Shown: positions 29,468 to 42,846, numbered from the stretch's first letter. The stretch is DNA of 64,000 bases from Octopus sinensis (GCF_006345805.1 NC_043026.1:9176001-9240000), one strand, 5' to 3'. Made by a program: numbers and translations. Notes: a model not told the origin generated them from the sequence alone.

Positions 29468-30054
29468 TTAAAAGATGATAAATAATGAGAATGTATCTTC
29501 AGTTATGCCAATGTCATCTGATATTCTGAAATAATAAAGAAACAACAGTGTAAGATATAGAGGCTACTTAAAAAAATACAGATTCAACATTTCCATAAAG
29601 GTAAGTTCTAGAAATAAACATTTACCTGAACAACAGAACTTTTTAATTTATTAAAATTGACATGAGAAAATCTTGTGTGTAGCTAATGTGTTTGTAAACT
29701 CCAGCTACACATTCACATTTATATATATATATGTAAAGTTGAAGTTGTCTGTGTATGGCAGGTTTGGTAGCCTTCAACTAACACTATCTCCTCTGAGACC
29801 CTGCAGCGCAAGTTGACCAAAATTGAGAGTATGATAGAAGAAGACTTGCTCTTCTTTCCCACCAAAAATTATTTACATCAAAAAGGTGCTTTTTTTCTAT
29901 GAAACGAAAGATTGCCAAAATCGATATTTTAATCTGCAATCTCAATTACAATCGGGTTGAAAGTTGGGGAAAATTTTCTTGAAAATAAAAAAATGGACCT
30001 GCAACCTATTTTCAGTCCTAAACATAATGTAGCAATACCCACAGTATAACAATT

Positions 30055-30342
30055 GGGGAGGCACATGGCCTAGTGGTTAGAGCAGCGGACTAGCGGTCGA
30101 CGGATCGCGGGTTCGAATCAGAGACCGAACGATGTGTGTGTTTATGAGCGAAAACACCTCGGCTCCGGCAGAAGGTAATGGTGAAACTTCTGCTGACTCT
30201 TTCGCCACAACTTTCTCTCACTCTTTCCTCATGCATCTTGCAGCTCACCTGCGACGGACTGGCGTCCAGTCCAGGTGGGGAACCTATACGCCAGGGAAAC
30301 CGGCCCTTATGAGCAAGGCATGGCTCGGGAAGGAACGAACAA
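30055..30342 (+). mobile_element. tRNA-derived SINE related to family 3
   Basis: A/B boxes; 15-bp TSD CACAGTATAACAATT at 30040-30054 and 30343-30357. Confidence 0.85.
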
Positions 30343-30666
30343 CACAGTATAACAATTACGAACACGTTGGGAGAAATAGGAAATTACTCATTTTGCCCCG
30401 CTTACTAATTTCGTCCCCATCCTATTATCGGGAAACAAGCATTCGATAAATTATAATAAAGCATTGGATTCTCAGCATTTCTGTGGTTGGAGTTTATTTT
30501 AAGAACATTTCCTCAACTAAAACACACAACAAACAAACTTAAAGAAGAAACGATGGAGCGTGTAGGAGGTTCCCGCCATAGCTAGAAATAGCAGCCAAAT
30601 GTGGAACAGATCAAAGGACATCTGAGATACGAATTATTAAAAGATTAAATGTTTTTATTGTTTAAT

Positions 30667-30839
30667 ACTCACGAAAATGTTTTTACAAAGGATGGTGTTG
30701 TCGTTGTTATGAGTGCTTCAGGTGGTTGAGAAATCTATTATAAATGTGTTTGGGAGTGAATTGAGAGAAATTCTGGAACCAGACACGTGTGTCAAGACGT
30801 AATGAATGGAGACGGAAGTACGTTTCGTGCGCATGCGTA
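30667..30839 (-). promoter_or_regulatory. Putative promoter / exon 1 of ZNF-D
   Basis: TGCGCATGCGTA 30828-30839, CGGAAGT (ETS-like) 30813-30819, GTGAGT donor at 30672-30667, acceptor at 29526. Confidence 0.6.
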
Positions 30840-31145
30840 TAAAATACTGGCTTCAAATTTTAGCACAAGGCCAGCAATTTTGGGGGGGTGAAATATTGGT
30901 TTCAAATTTTGGCACTAGGCCAGCAATTTTGGCAGAGGGGTGGTGCGTAATTTGATTCCATGGACCTCAGTTGTCGAATTCCAGAAAAAAAAGGATATTT
31001 TCTAATGAAATTTTCAACAAATTCGCTTCAGATGCTGTAGATTACGACTGTGAAAAAGTCGTTTTGTCTTCTGCTATAGCCTCGGGCCGACCAAAGCCTT
31101 GCGAGTGGATTTGGTAGACGGAAACTGAAAGAAGCCCGTCGTATA

Positions 31146-31205
<60 letters not shown>

Positions 31206-31206
<1 letters not shown>

Positions 31207-31250
31207 TAGCAGTATCGCCCGGCGTTGCTCTGGTTTGTAAGGGAAATAAC
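31206..31250 (-). mobile_element. Helitron-like 3' terminus fragment
   Basis: Minus strand CCAGAGCAACGCCGGG imperfect hairpin, then CGATACTG-CTAG and T, inside (TA)n. Confidence 0.5.
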
Positions 31251-31844
31251 ACACATACACACACACATATATATATACATACATACGACAGGCTTCTTTC
31301 AGTTTCCGTCTACTAAATCCACTCACAAGGCATTGGTCAGCCCGGGGCTATAGCAGAAGACACTTGCCCAAGATGCCACGCAGTGGGACTGAACCCAGAA
31401 CCATGTGGTTGGTTAGCAAGCTACTTACCACACAGCCACACCTGCGCCTATATATATATATATGTATATATACGACGGGCTTCTTTCAGTTTCCGTCTAC
31501 TAAATCCACTCACAAGGCATTGGTCGGCCCGGGGCTATAGTAGACAACACTTGCCCAAGATGCCACGCAGTGGGACTGAACCCGCAACCATGTGGTTGGT
31601 TAGCAAGCTACTTACCACACAGCCACTCCTGCGCCTATATATAAAAAAATACAAATTTTACGGAAAGTGACGATGTTCTTCAAATGTAAACAAATACACA
31701 TGATGTAAACGGGACTAATATCGAAAGAATACCCTATGGTAGAAGACACTTGCCCAGTGTCATATAGTGGGATTGAACCTAGAACCATGAGGTTGAGAAG
31801 CAAATTATTTACCACATAGCCACTCTTGCACCTATGTATATACA

Positions 31845-32735
31845 CCATCATCATCATCGTTTAACGTCCATTTTCCATGCTAGCATGGGTTGGACGGTTC
31901 AACTGGGGTCTGGGAAGCCAGAAGGCTGCACCAGGCTCCAGTCTGATCTGGCAGTGTTTCTACGGCTGAATGCCCTTCCTAACGTCAACCACTCCGTGAG
32001 TGTAGTGGGTGCTTTTTACGTACCACCGGCACAGATGTCAGACGAGGCTGGCAAACGGCCACGATCGGATGGTGCTTTTTACGTACCACCGGCACAGGTG
32101 CCAGACGAGGCTGGCAAACGGCCACGATCGGATGGTGCTTTTTACGTACCACCGGCACAGGTGCCAGACGAGGCTGGCAAACGGCCACGATCGGATGGTG
32201 CTTTTTACGTGCCACCGACACAGGTGCCAGATGAGTCTGGCAAACGGCCACGATCGGATGGTACTTTTTACGTACCACCGGCACAGGTGCCAGATGAGGC
32301 TGGCAAATGGCCACGTTCGGATGGTGCTTTTTACGTACCACCGGCACAGGTGCCAGACGAGGCTGGCAAACGGCCACGATCGGATGGTGCTTTTTACGTA
32401 CCACCGGCACAGGTGCCAGACGAGGCTGGCAAACGGCCACGATCGGATGGTGCTTTTTACGTGCCACCGGCACGGAGGCCAGACAGGGCTGGCAAACAGC
32501 CACGATCAGATGGTGCTTTATACGTGCCACCGGCACAGGTGCCAGACGAGGCTGGCAAACGGCCACGATCGGATGGTTCTTTTTACGTACTACCGGCACA
32601 GATGCCAGATGAGGCTGGCAAACAGCCACGATCGGATGGTGCTTTTTACGTGCCACTGGCACGGAGGCCAATTGGGGCGGTGCTGGCAACGGTCACGTTC
32701 GGATGGTTCTCTTATGTGCCACCGGCACTGGTATC
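31845..32735 (-). mobile_element. (GAT)n-tailed retroposon carrying a 63-bp minisatellite (~11.5 units, 32008-32730)
   Basis: GGTGCTTTTTAC recurs at 32008, 32071, 32134 ... 32638. Confidence 0.85.
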
Positions 32736-33090
32736 ACTTTTATTCATTCACTTGTTTGTCATTTTTGACAGTGGTCATGCTGGAGCACCGCCTTTAGTAG
32801 AACAAGTCAATTCCAGAATTTATTCTTTGAAAGCTTAGCACTTATTCTATCAGTCTGTTTTGTTAAACCGCTAATACTGTAATTCTTTTGTGTGTGTGTG
32901 TCTAGGTGTGAGTATATACAAACAATAGCTTCTTTCAAATTTCATATACCAAATCGACAAGGTTTGGGTCAACCTCAGACTATATAAGAAGACATTTGAC
33001 CAAGGTGCCATGCAGTGGGACTGACCCCAGAACAATGTATTTGGGAGCAGGGTTTTTACCACACATTTATGCTAATTGGTTTTGACACTT

Positions 33091-33657
33091 AGTGAACTGG
33101 CAGAATCGTTAGCACGCCGGCAAAATGCTTAGCGGTATTTCGTCTGCCGCTAAGTTCCGAGTTCAAATTCCGCTGAGGTTGACTTTGCCTTTCGTCCCTT
33201 CGGGGTCGATTAAATAAGTACCAGTTACGCACTGGGGTTGATATAATCAACTTAATCCCTTTGTTTGTCCCTTCTGTGTTTAGCCCCTTGTGGGTAGTAA
33301 AGAAATAGGTATTTCGTCAGCCGCTACGTTCTGAGTTCAAATTCCGCCGAGGTCGACTTTGCCTTTCGTCCTTTCAGGGTCAATTAAATAAGTACCAGTT
33401 ACGCACTGGGGGTCGATATAATCGACTTAATCCGTTTGTCTGTCCTTGTTTGTCCCCTCTGTGTTTAGCCCCTTGTGGGTAGTAAAGAAATAGGTATTTC
33501 GTCTGCCGCTTAGTTCTGAGTTCAAATTCTGCCGAGGTCGACTTTGCCTTTTGTGGTCGCTTAAGTAAGTACCAGTTACGCACTGGGGTCGATATAATCG
33601 ACTTAATCCGTTGTCTGTCCCCTCTGTATGTAGCCCCTTGTGGGTAGTAAAGAAATA
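33091..33657 (+). mobile_element. Head-to-tail trimer of SINE family 2
   Basis: Junctions AAAGAAATA|GGTATTTCGTC; outer TSD GGTTTTG(A/G)CACTT at 33078-33090 and 33658-33670. Confidence 0.8.
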
Positions 33658-34019
33658 GGTTTTGGCACTTTTGTAACAAAACTCATGGAAAACAAAATTT
33701 TGCGATCTGAGAAAAATTGCCTTTATTAAAAAATATCCCACAGGAAAATTGTCTTAGCTGTGGCGACATAAAACCCTGATTGGGAGGCAGTTACCACACA
33801 CACTTGAACCACATCTCCTGTGTGAATACATTTATAGTTAGACAGTGTGTCACCTTTTTTCCTTTTCTGTTCTGGCATAGAATGAACTTTGACAAATCCA
33901 GCAATTCCCTGATGAACAGCCTGGTTTTTGCCATGGAGAATGCCTGCAGCACTACCACCAATTTAGGAATTTAAAATGGTTATTTTTCTCATGAATTGTC
34001 ACGTTGATAGTCACACATA

Positions 34020-34190
34020 GGCGCAGGAGTGGCTGTGTGGTAAGTAGCTTGCTAACCAACCACATGGTTCCAGGTTCAGTCCCACTGCATGGCATCTGGG
34101 GCAAGTGTCTTCTGCTATAGCCCCGGGCCAACCAATGCCTTGTGAGTGGATTTGGTAGATGGTAACTGAAAGAAGCCTGTCGTATATGTG

Positions 34191-34221
<31 letters not shown>

Positions 34222-34432
34222 ATGCGTTTGTGTCTGTGTTTGTCCCCCTAGCATTGCTTGACAACCGATGCTGGTGTGTTTACATCCCCGTTACTTAGCG
34301 GTTCGGCAAAAGAGACTGATAGAATAAGTACTGGGCTTACAAAGAATAAGTCCCGGGGTCGATTTGCTCGACAAAAAGGCGGCGCTCCAGGATGGCCATA
34401 GTCAAATGACTGAAACGAGTAAAAGAGTAGAG
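34020..34432 (+). mobile_element. SINE family 1, full length, at the left edge of the large duplication
   Basis: Match to 24711-25097. Confidence 0.85.
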
Positions 34433-36039
34433 TACATCTCCCTCAACCTATGTCTTCCACCCACATGTAACAAGAAAACTTTTTACACACCCTACCCCCA
34501 ACAAACCAATCTACATCTCTTCTTCACATTCCTTCCATACACTATGCCTACCTCTCACTCCCCCAATCCTGTCCTCATGGTGCTGTTCCTCTTTATCATT
34601 GCTATCGGTAGCGCCCTGACCCTATATAATACCCAGCTTGTCATCACTCAACGCCCCCTACACTCTAATCATGCTTCCTTTGCAGTATCCTATTCCTTTA
34701 TTACCCACAAGGGGCTAAACACAGAGGGGAGACAAACAAGGACAGACAAAGGGATTAAGTCAATTACATCGACCCCAGTGCATAACTGGTACTTATTTAA
34801 TCGACCCCGAAAGGATGAAAAGCAAAGTCGACCTCAGCGGAATTTGAACTCAGAGCCTAACGTTTCTGCCAGCTCACCACCTTTGCAGTATCCTGTCCCT
34901 TATATTATGACGTTTAAACCTCAAGGGTATGCCCTGGCCCTTGCCACCATCTATATCTCTTTCTTCCCTTACTCAACCATCCTCATCTATGCTCTAATCC
35001 CCTCCCTAGTGAATACGCCCATCATTTTGCCACTATCTCCATCGTGTTGTCTCCCACCCTCTATCTCCTTCTCCTGCATTTCCCTCAGGCTGGGTAACCA
35101 TGTATCTCCTTTGCGGCAGCACACCCGTTTCTGTCTTCATTCCACATCTCTCTCTCTCTCTCTCTCTCTCTGGCCTGGTAAACTTGTACTTCCTCTACAG
35201 CAACGGACAGATCACAACAACAGATGCTGCCCAACACACAGAACCAAACCATGAAGATGCTACAGAATTTCAACTATGATACAACTCCCACTGTTCCAGA
35301 TAGAGTTCGTTAAAACTTGCCAAACCTGTTACTTCACAATATGTAAGACATTTGCCATGTATTTTTATAAGGGGTTGTAATAAATAATAGTTGCATTGAA
35401 TTTACCTGGTTCTTCTTGTCATTCTTTTATATAAAGGTAACTCCAGGCACACAAACTAGACCAGCCACAGTTAACTCGCCAGCAAAACTCATAACCAATG
35501 CTACAGAATTTCAACTGTGATACAACTTCCACTGTTCCAGATAGAGTTCGTTAAAATTTCTGATGGTTCAACTGGGGTCTGGGAAGCCAGAAGGCTGCAC
35601 TAGGCCCAGTCTGATCTGACAAAGTTTCTATGGCTGGATGCCCTTCCTAATGCCAACCACTCCGTGAGTGTCATGGTTGCTTTTTATGTGCCACCGCATG
35701 GGGGCCAGGCGAGGCTGGCAACAGCCATGATCGGATGGTGCTTTTTACGTGCAACCTGCACGGAGGACAGACGGGCTGCGCTGGCAGCGGCCACATTCGG
35801 ATGGTTCCTTTGTCTGTGTATATGTCTATAAACTACTCGTAGTAATACCTGTCATTAATTGGGTAATTGCTTTTATTCTTTCTTGAGAGCCACATTCAGA
35901 GTATTATTATATGTATAGTTTACCCCTCCTGTATGTGTGTATTTTATAAGAGAAAAATGAAATAACTGAAGTAGGAAAAAGACCAGTTTCATACACAGGC
36001 TTCTGTTTTATTTATCAAAACACTAATGGCAATTATATA

Positions 36040-37015
36040 CTCTTTACTCTTTTACTTGTTTCAGTCAGTGACTTTGAGTAAGTCCTCAACACCACCGTCT
36101 TCCTTTCAAGCTCTTTTAACCATTTTTTGGGAGCTGTCAAGTCCCACACAAGAAATTCCTTTGCCATTTCAACACAAAGTTCAATTACAGTTCAAAATGT
36201 AAGAAAATAAAACAAGACACAAAAAAAGAAGGGAAGAAATAAAATAAAAAATAACAGTTCAAAAAAGAGTTCTTTTATTTTTTAAAATAAACGAAAGCTT
36301 TGAAGAAGAGAGTTCAAATCCAGGCAAAGAAATAAATTAATTTTCGGCTGAAAAGGTTCTCCTGGCCAAATGTACATAGGTTCCTTGGTATGAATCGTCT
36401 TTACCCGTAATTGGTAAAAGAAATCCAAACACAATACTGGCTACAGCCAACGGTAACTGTAACAGGTTCTAATCATTCGGGCGAGGATACGTCCCTCCAC
36501 TGTTTTTTTTTTTTTAATGAATCCAAAATATTCACACTAAATTCACAAAACAGCAGGCGAAATTTGTTAACAAAAAATAATAATATAACAAATTACACCC
36601 AGCTCAGATAAAACACAATCACTTGCCTCGACAACCTTCTCTGTTTTTGTTCTTTTTTCTTGTAATTGGCCAGAGCCAAAACACTCACGTCCACCTTGCA
36701 AAAACAGTCCTTCCTGCCTTGGTAATCCTTGGTAATCCACAGACACAAAGATAATTTTCGCAAAGAAATTAATCTTTGCAGAGGGGCTACGCCTCCTCGA
36801 AAACACAATTCTCACTGCAAAGTGAGTCTTTATAGGCGGCCACAGGCAGGAAAATGTCTGGAGCAGACTGGAGTCTATTACTCACCAAAAAATATTAAAT
36901 ACAGGGCAACAAACTCCACTAAGCCCTCAAAAAATACGACAAACGTCTACCTGTAGTCGAGCCTCAAAGTTCAATATTTCACGACGAAAGACGTGACATC
37001 AAGCAGCAAGAACTC
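36040..37015 (-). mobile_element. 5' region plus first ~33 codons of an ORF1-type retroelement, joined to a family-1 SINE tail
   Basis: ATG at 36167 gives MAKEFLVWDLTAPKK.., paralogous to the ORF starting at 38377. Confidence 0.65.
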
Positions 37016-37217
37016 GTGGGCTGGACATAGACATTAATGAACGATGGTGATGGAACAAAGATGGTGATGGGAGAAGACGAAAGCGCCCGCCGACCCCTGC
37101 TTCTCTAAGACAATGTCCTTTTTTTCAATAAGTTCAAAAATGTTCAAAATTTTACAAATGTCACAAGAGGCAATGAACCTCTTTTTCAATATGATGCACA
37201 GCATCCACAGGTTTCAG

Positions 37218-38377
37218 TTACCCGGCCGACCAGCGCTCTTGCTTCCTTGAAACACTCACCCGCTTCCAACCAGGCCGCACAAGTAGAAATGTAAAGGTAT
37301 TCGCGATCCTGCACAGATCATTTTCCAATAGGAGCTCCGCAGCTACCTGCGAAGGCCACTTAGGGTCCTCTGTGCAGGACCGGAGACCCTTCCATTGGCC
37401 TCTCCATTTCATTTTCCTTATCTTGTTCTCCATGGTCCCTCCCTTGTGGAAGAGGACCACATAATTGACCTCCGACGGTTCATCTACCTGAGGAGGCTCG
37501 GGAGAGGCCGTCTGTGTGTCAAAATCCGCCTGCGGCGTCCCGTTTCTTTTCTTTTTTCCTTGGGCCGCGGGAGGTTTAGGTTCCGGTGTTGCACACAACG
37601 GATCCTCTTTTTCTCTCACAGCTTCCGGGTCTTTTGGTGGGTCACCATTGTTTCCCACTTTTCTTTTTCTCGTTGAGGAAGTTACTGCTTCCTCGTTCTG
37701 TTTCTCTCCCTCCTTTGAGGGGACAGGAAGAGGCTCCAACATCAACTGCTCTAGCATCCTACTTTGGTCCTTGGGGCAGTTCTTCTTAATGTGGCCGGTC
37801 TCCAGGCACAGGTGACACCTGGGGGGGGGGGGCGTCCCTCAAGCATCACCGGATACCTGGACACGGCCATCCTCAAGAAATCTGGGAAAACCAGACTTTT
37901 GGCTGATTGGGTCCACAGGGTCAACACAGCTTTTGCCCCTTCCCAATCAGCCCCAGGCAACACTTTTACATTCAGCAGCTTGGAACTGCTACCATCCAGA
38001 CCCCAGCGGATAGAATCCTCTATCCACTCGGGTTCAACGCCGGGTGGTAAGCCGCAGATCCAGGCTCTCAATAATTTTTCTCCCTTGTGATTTGGGAGAA
38101 ACAACACTTCTTTGCCCTCAAGGGGCTGGCTTGCAAAATCGCAAGCTTCTTTTGGGGAGTCAAACAGCAACCAGACCGTTGCGTATTTCACTCCCCGTGC
38201 GATAAATTTAAGGGCTGGCATGTAATCCGCCAGCTCGTTCAGTATGGTGGCCTTCGGGAAGACGGCTGTGGTGTGGAGCGACTTCGAGTAAGTCCTCAAC
38301 ACCACAGCCTCCTCCTCCAGCTCTTTTAAGTACTTTTTGGGAGGTGTCAATTCCCACACCGTAAATTCCTTTGCCAT
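37218..38377 (-). CDS. ORF1/gag-like nucleic-acid-binding protein of an L1/Tx1-type non-LTR retroelement with CCHC zinc knuckle; one frameshift
   Basis: Joining ORFs 37751-38470 and 37218-37757 across the G12 run (37821-37832) gives ..EGRPP-RCHLCLETGHIKKNCPK (C-x2-C-x4-H-x4-C), then a basic low-complexity tail. Confidence 0.75.
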
Positions 38378-39270
38378 GGTAACACAAAGTTCAATAACAG
38401 TTCGAAGTATAAAGAAATAAAAATAGACACAAAAAGGAGAATGAAAAATACAACAGAAGGGAAGAAACAAAATTAGAAATAGCAGGTCAAAAAAGTTCTT
38501 TTTCTAAAAATAAATGAGAGCTCGAAGAAGAGAGTTCAAATCCAGACAAAGGAATTAAATTTTTTCTTTTTTCTCTTTTCTCTTTTTTAGGCCAAAAAAG
38601 GTACTCCAGGCCAAATGTCCAGCTGGTAAAACACCTTGCAAAAAGAATCCATGGTACTCCGTGGTAAATCCGGTGGAAAACACAAAGACAATTTCAAAAC
38701 ACATTAATTTTTGCGGAGGGGCTACGCCTCCTCGCAAACACAATTCTCACTGCAAAATGAGTCTGTAAAGGCGGCCACAGGCAGGAAAATGTCTGGAGCA
38801 GACTGGAGTCTATTACTCACCAAAAAATATTAAATACAGGGCAACAAACTTCACTAAGCCCTCAAAAAATACGACAAACGCCTACCTGTAGTGGAGCCTC
38901 AAAGTTCAATATTTCACAACGAAAGATGTGACATCAAGCACCAAGAACTCTCCGCCAAAGATAACCAAGCTACTTACCACACAACTACTCCTGTTTACTC
39001 AATTTGAAAACTCTTTGTATTGTCTTTTGTCTCCTGTGTCTGTGTGTGTGCGCCTAAGTTCATATATGATAGTGTCCATTTATATCACGCAAAAATTGAT
39101 AAAAATTTGAGAATTAAAATTAAATATCTTTTTCTAATTGATAGAATTTTACTAAACCTTTGGATGGCAAATTGAAAATAATGTGAATAAATAAACATCA
39201 CATTCGACAGAATAACCTGCATGGTAAAGGGTTTCAGTAACCCCTTAGAGATTATGATTTAGCGCAAATA

Positions 39271-40107
39271 TTAGTGGGATTGCTTCTTCCCCTTATGAAC
39301 ACATTTGTGAGAAGTTAAGCTGCTATGTTGAGTGAATGACCTACCACAGATATCACAAGGATATAGCTTCTCTCCTGTATGGATACGTTTATGGGTCATT
39401 AGGTTACTACTGGTAGAGAAAGATTTATTACAGACATCACAAGAATATGGTGTTTCTCCTGTATGAAAACGTCTGTGTCCAGTTAAGTTAGAACTCACGG
39501 TGAATGATTTACCACAGATATCACAATGATAGTGTGACTCTCCTGTATGAATACGTTTATGATAAGTTAGAGCACTTTTACCAGGAAATAATTTACCACA
39601 GATATTACAGGAATATGGCTTCTTTCCTGTATGAATAGGTTTGTGATTAGTTAAAGCACTTCTTTGAGAGAATGATTTACCACAAATATCACACTGAAAT
39701 GACTTCTCTCCTATATGAAGACGTTTATGATAAGTTAGAGCACTTTTACCAGAAAATGATTTACCACAGATATTACAGGAATATGATGTCTCTCCTGTAT
39801 GAAGAAGTTTGTGTTTAGTTAAAGCACTTCTTTGAGAGAATGATTTACCACAGATTTCACAGTGAAATGGCTTCTCTCCAGTATGAACACGTATGTGAGA
39901 ATTTAAATGATTTCGGTCAGAGAATGATTTACCACAGATTTCACAGTGAAATGGCTTCTCTCCTGTATGAATACGTTTGTGCTTATTTAAGTTACCTTTA
40001 CTTGAGAAAGACTTTTTACACACATCACAGTCATGTGACAATTTTTGTCTCTCTTTTTTGCTATCTTCTGGTAAAATCTGTTCCTTCACTTTCTCACTCT
40101 TTTCCAT
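39271..40107 (-). CDS. ZNF-E: C2H2 protein, 9 fingers (278 aa), intact
   Basis: Uninterrupted ORF MEKSEKVKEQILPED.. to KKQSH*. Confidence 0.95.
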   Translation of the reverse strand: MEKSEKVKEQILPEDSKKERQKLSHDCDVCKKSFSSKGNLNKHKRIHTGEKPFHCEICGKSFSDRNHLNSHIRVHTGEKPFHCEICGKSFSQRSALTKHKLLHTGETSYSCNICGKSFSGKSALTYHKRLHIGEKSFQCDICGKSFSQRSALTNHKPIHTGKKPYSCNICGKLFPGKSALTYHKRIHTGESHYHCDICGKSFTVSSNLTGHRRFHTGETPYSCDVCNKSFSTSSNLMTHKRIHTGEKLYPCDICGRSFTQHSSLTSHKCVHKGKKQSH

Positions 40108-41944
40108 TATTTTTCCTTCAACTTCACAATATACCTTCTTTTTTTATTCTTTTTGCTTCTGTAGTCTTTTGTTTACAAATATTTCAACTGTTGTATTTCT
40201 GGCCACTGTTACCTTTGTCACAAAACAACTAAATTTATCCACGTTCAATCTGCAAACAGACACATCTTGTAGACACTCCAGCCAGTGATGTCCAGAAGGT
40301 TTGCTAATAACACAATTCAGAGTAAATATATCAGAGGAATTCCACCACAGATTTATAGAAACAATCTTATATATCTGTTCTGTACAATATTTTCATTTTG
40401 GTCTTTAAAAGATGATAAATAATGAGAATGTATCTTCAGTTATGCCAATGTCATCTGATATTCTGAAACAATAAAGAAACAACAGTGTAAGATATAGAGG
40501 CTACTTTAAAAAATACAGATTCAACATTTCCATAAAGATAAACTCTAGAAATAAACATTTAACTGAACAACAGAACTTTCTAATTTATTAATATTGACAT
40601 CACAAAATCCTGTTTGAAGCTAACATATTTCTAAACTCCAGCTCCACATTCATAAATACACACACACACTTTTTTACTGGTTTCAGTTGTTTTGACTGTG
40701 GTCATGCTGGAGCACCAACTTTAAAGGCTTCAGTCAATAGAATCAATGCTAGGACTTATTTTTTGAGCTTAGCACTTATTCTATCAGCCACTTTTGCCAA
40801 ACCACAGGTTTATGGGGACATAAACACACCAACACTGTTTGTCAAGTGTTGAATAGTTGGGAGGACAACACACCCACCCACACACAAATACCTAACAGCT
40901 CACAATTTCTTCTCTTTAACTCCATAAAGAGAAAAATTTACTGGAAATAGTCATTACTCATTTTGCCCCACGAGGAGATTCCACGAATGATTACAAAAAG
41001 TTTATCAGCTAAGCAAATGGCCTTCCCTGAATGCATTGAAAACATTATAACAGAATCAGTATTTCAGGAAATTATCATTGTTCTCTTTGAGTGTGTAGAA
41101 AGAGAAATTTGGCAGAGGCAAGAAAAGGTGAAATTGTCTCTCTCAAATTATCCAGAATTATATTTGAAAACAAAGACTCAAACACATCAAATTCTATCCT
41201 TCGACATCTTAAAGATCAGAAATGCAAAAAGCTATTAAGTATCGAATTCAAATGAAAGAGAATCAGAGAAAAATTGCAAATGATGTGAAATTAATGAATA
41301 TCGAATAAATGGGGGAAAAAAAATCAACATAAAATATCATCAACAGTTTCTTCAAGATCTCTTCGTGGTTAGGGCAGCGGACTCGCGGTCGTAGGATTGC
41401 GGTTTCAATTCCCAGACCGGGCGTTGTGAGTGTTTATTGAGCGAAAACACCAAAAAGCTCCACGAGGCCCCGGCAGGGGATGGTGGTGATCCCTGCTGTA
41501 CTCTTTCACCACAACTTTCTCTCACTCTTACTTCCTGTTGTACCTGTATTTCAAAGGGCCGGCCTTGTCACTCTCTGTGAATATCCCCGAGAACTACGTT
41601 AAGGGTACACGAGTTTCTGGAGTGCTCATCGTCGTAACCGACGGAGTGCTTCCATCCACTGACAAGAGATTATTGAAAGTAGTCATTACTCATTTTGCCC
41701 CATCTTAGTCATGATATTTGATAATTGAAAATTACCAAATTAGACACTAAACGGGGGGGGGGTAAAAATTGATCTGGAATCTAAGAGAGAGAAGAATATT
41801 GATGGTTAAACACCGAACATCATCCAGATAATTTATTAGTAACCTCGATTATTATCGGGTTGAGAGTTGAGGGAAAATTTCTTGAAAATAAAAAGGACCT
41901 GCAACTCCAACTACTATAAGGACAAATTCCCAGTCCTAAATATA

Positions 41945-42489
41945 TATTTCTTTACTCACCACAAGGGGCTAGACACAGAGGGGACAACAAGGACAGAAAA
42001 ACGGATTAAGTCGATTATATCGACCCCGAAAGGAGAATGAAAGGCAAAGTCGACCACGGCGGAAATTTGAACTCAGAACGTAACGGAAGACGAAATATCA
42101 TCTTTTTTTTACTGCCCACAAGGGGCTAAACACAGAGGGAAAGAAACAAGGACAGACATAGGTATTAAGTCGATTACATCGACCCCAGTGCGTAACTGTA
42201 ACTTTATTACTCACCCGCCGGAATTTAAACTCAGAACGTACCGGCAGACGAATACGACGCCACGCAACGGCAGACGAAATATCTATTTTTTTACTGCCCA
42301 CAAGGGGCTAAACACAGAGGAAGAAACAAGGACAGACATAGGTATTAAGTCGATTACATCGACCCCAGTGCGTAACTGGTACTTTATTTATCGACCCCGC
42401 CGGAATTTAAAACTCAGAACGTAACGGCAGACGAAATACGCCCACGCATTTCGCCCGGGGTGTTAACCCTTCTGCCAGCTCGCCGCCAT
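41945..42489 (-). mobile_element. Multimer of SINE family 2 (3 units; 2 units in the paralogous site 53945-54300)
   Basis: Repeated bodies; CCCAGTCCTAAA(A)TATA flanks both ends. Confidence 0.75.
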
Positions 42490-42846
42490 CCCCAGTCCTA
42501 AAATATAATGTAGCAATACTCACAAAATCATAAATCCAAACAAATTAGGAGAACGGGAAAATACTCATTTTGCCCCCGCTTACTAATTATGTCCCTTACC
42601 TTATATCAAGAAACAAGGGTTCGATAAATTATAATAAAGCATGGATTCTCAGCATTTCTGTGGTTGGAGTTTATTTTAAGAACATTTCTCCTCCACCTAA
42701 ACACACAAACAAACAACTTAAAGAAGAAACGATGGAGCGTGTAGGAGGTTGCCGCCATAGCTAGAAATAGCAGCCAAATGTGGAACAGATCAAAGGACAT
42801 CTGAGACACCAAAGTATTAAAAGATTAAATGTTTTCGTTGTTTAAT

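Noticed and set aside
31834-32838. 334-aa repetitive ORF (YVPPAQVPDEAGKRPRSDGAF)n
   Set aside because: The 63-bp VNTR is open in several frames on both strands; other copies have 62-bp units that break frame
34364-35254. 296-aa hydrophobic ORF
   Set aside because: Begins in a SINE, reads through a second SINE and a (CT)n run, and is broken in the paralogous units
40963-41238. Small ORF repeated at 52955 and ~63830
   Set aside because: Recurs only because of the segmental duplication; lengths differ and it lies antisense within a ZNF intron
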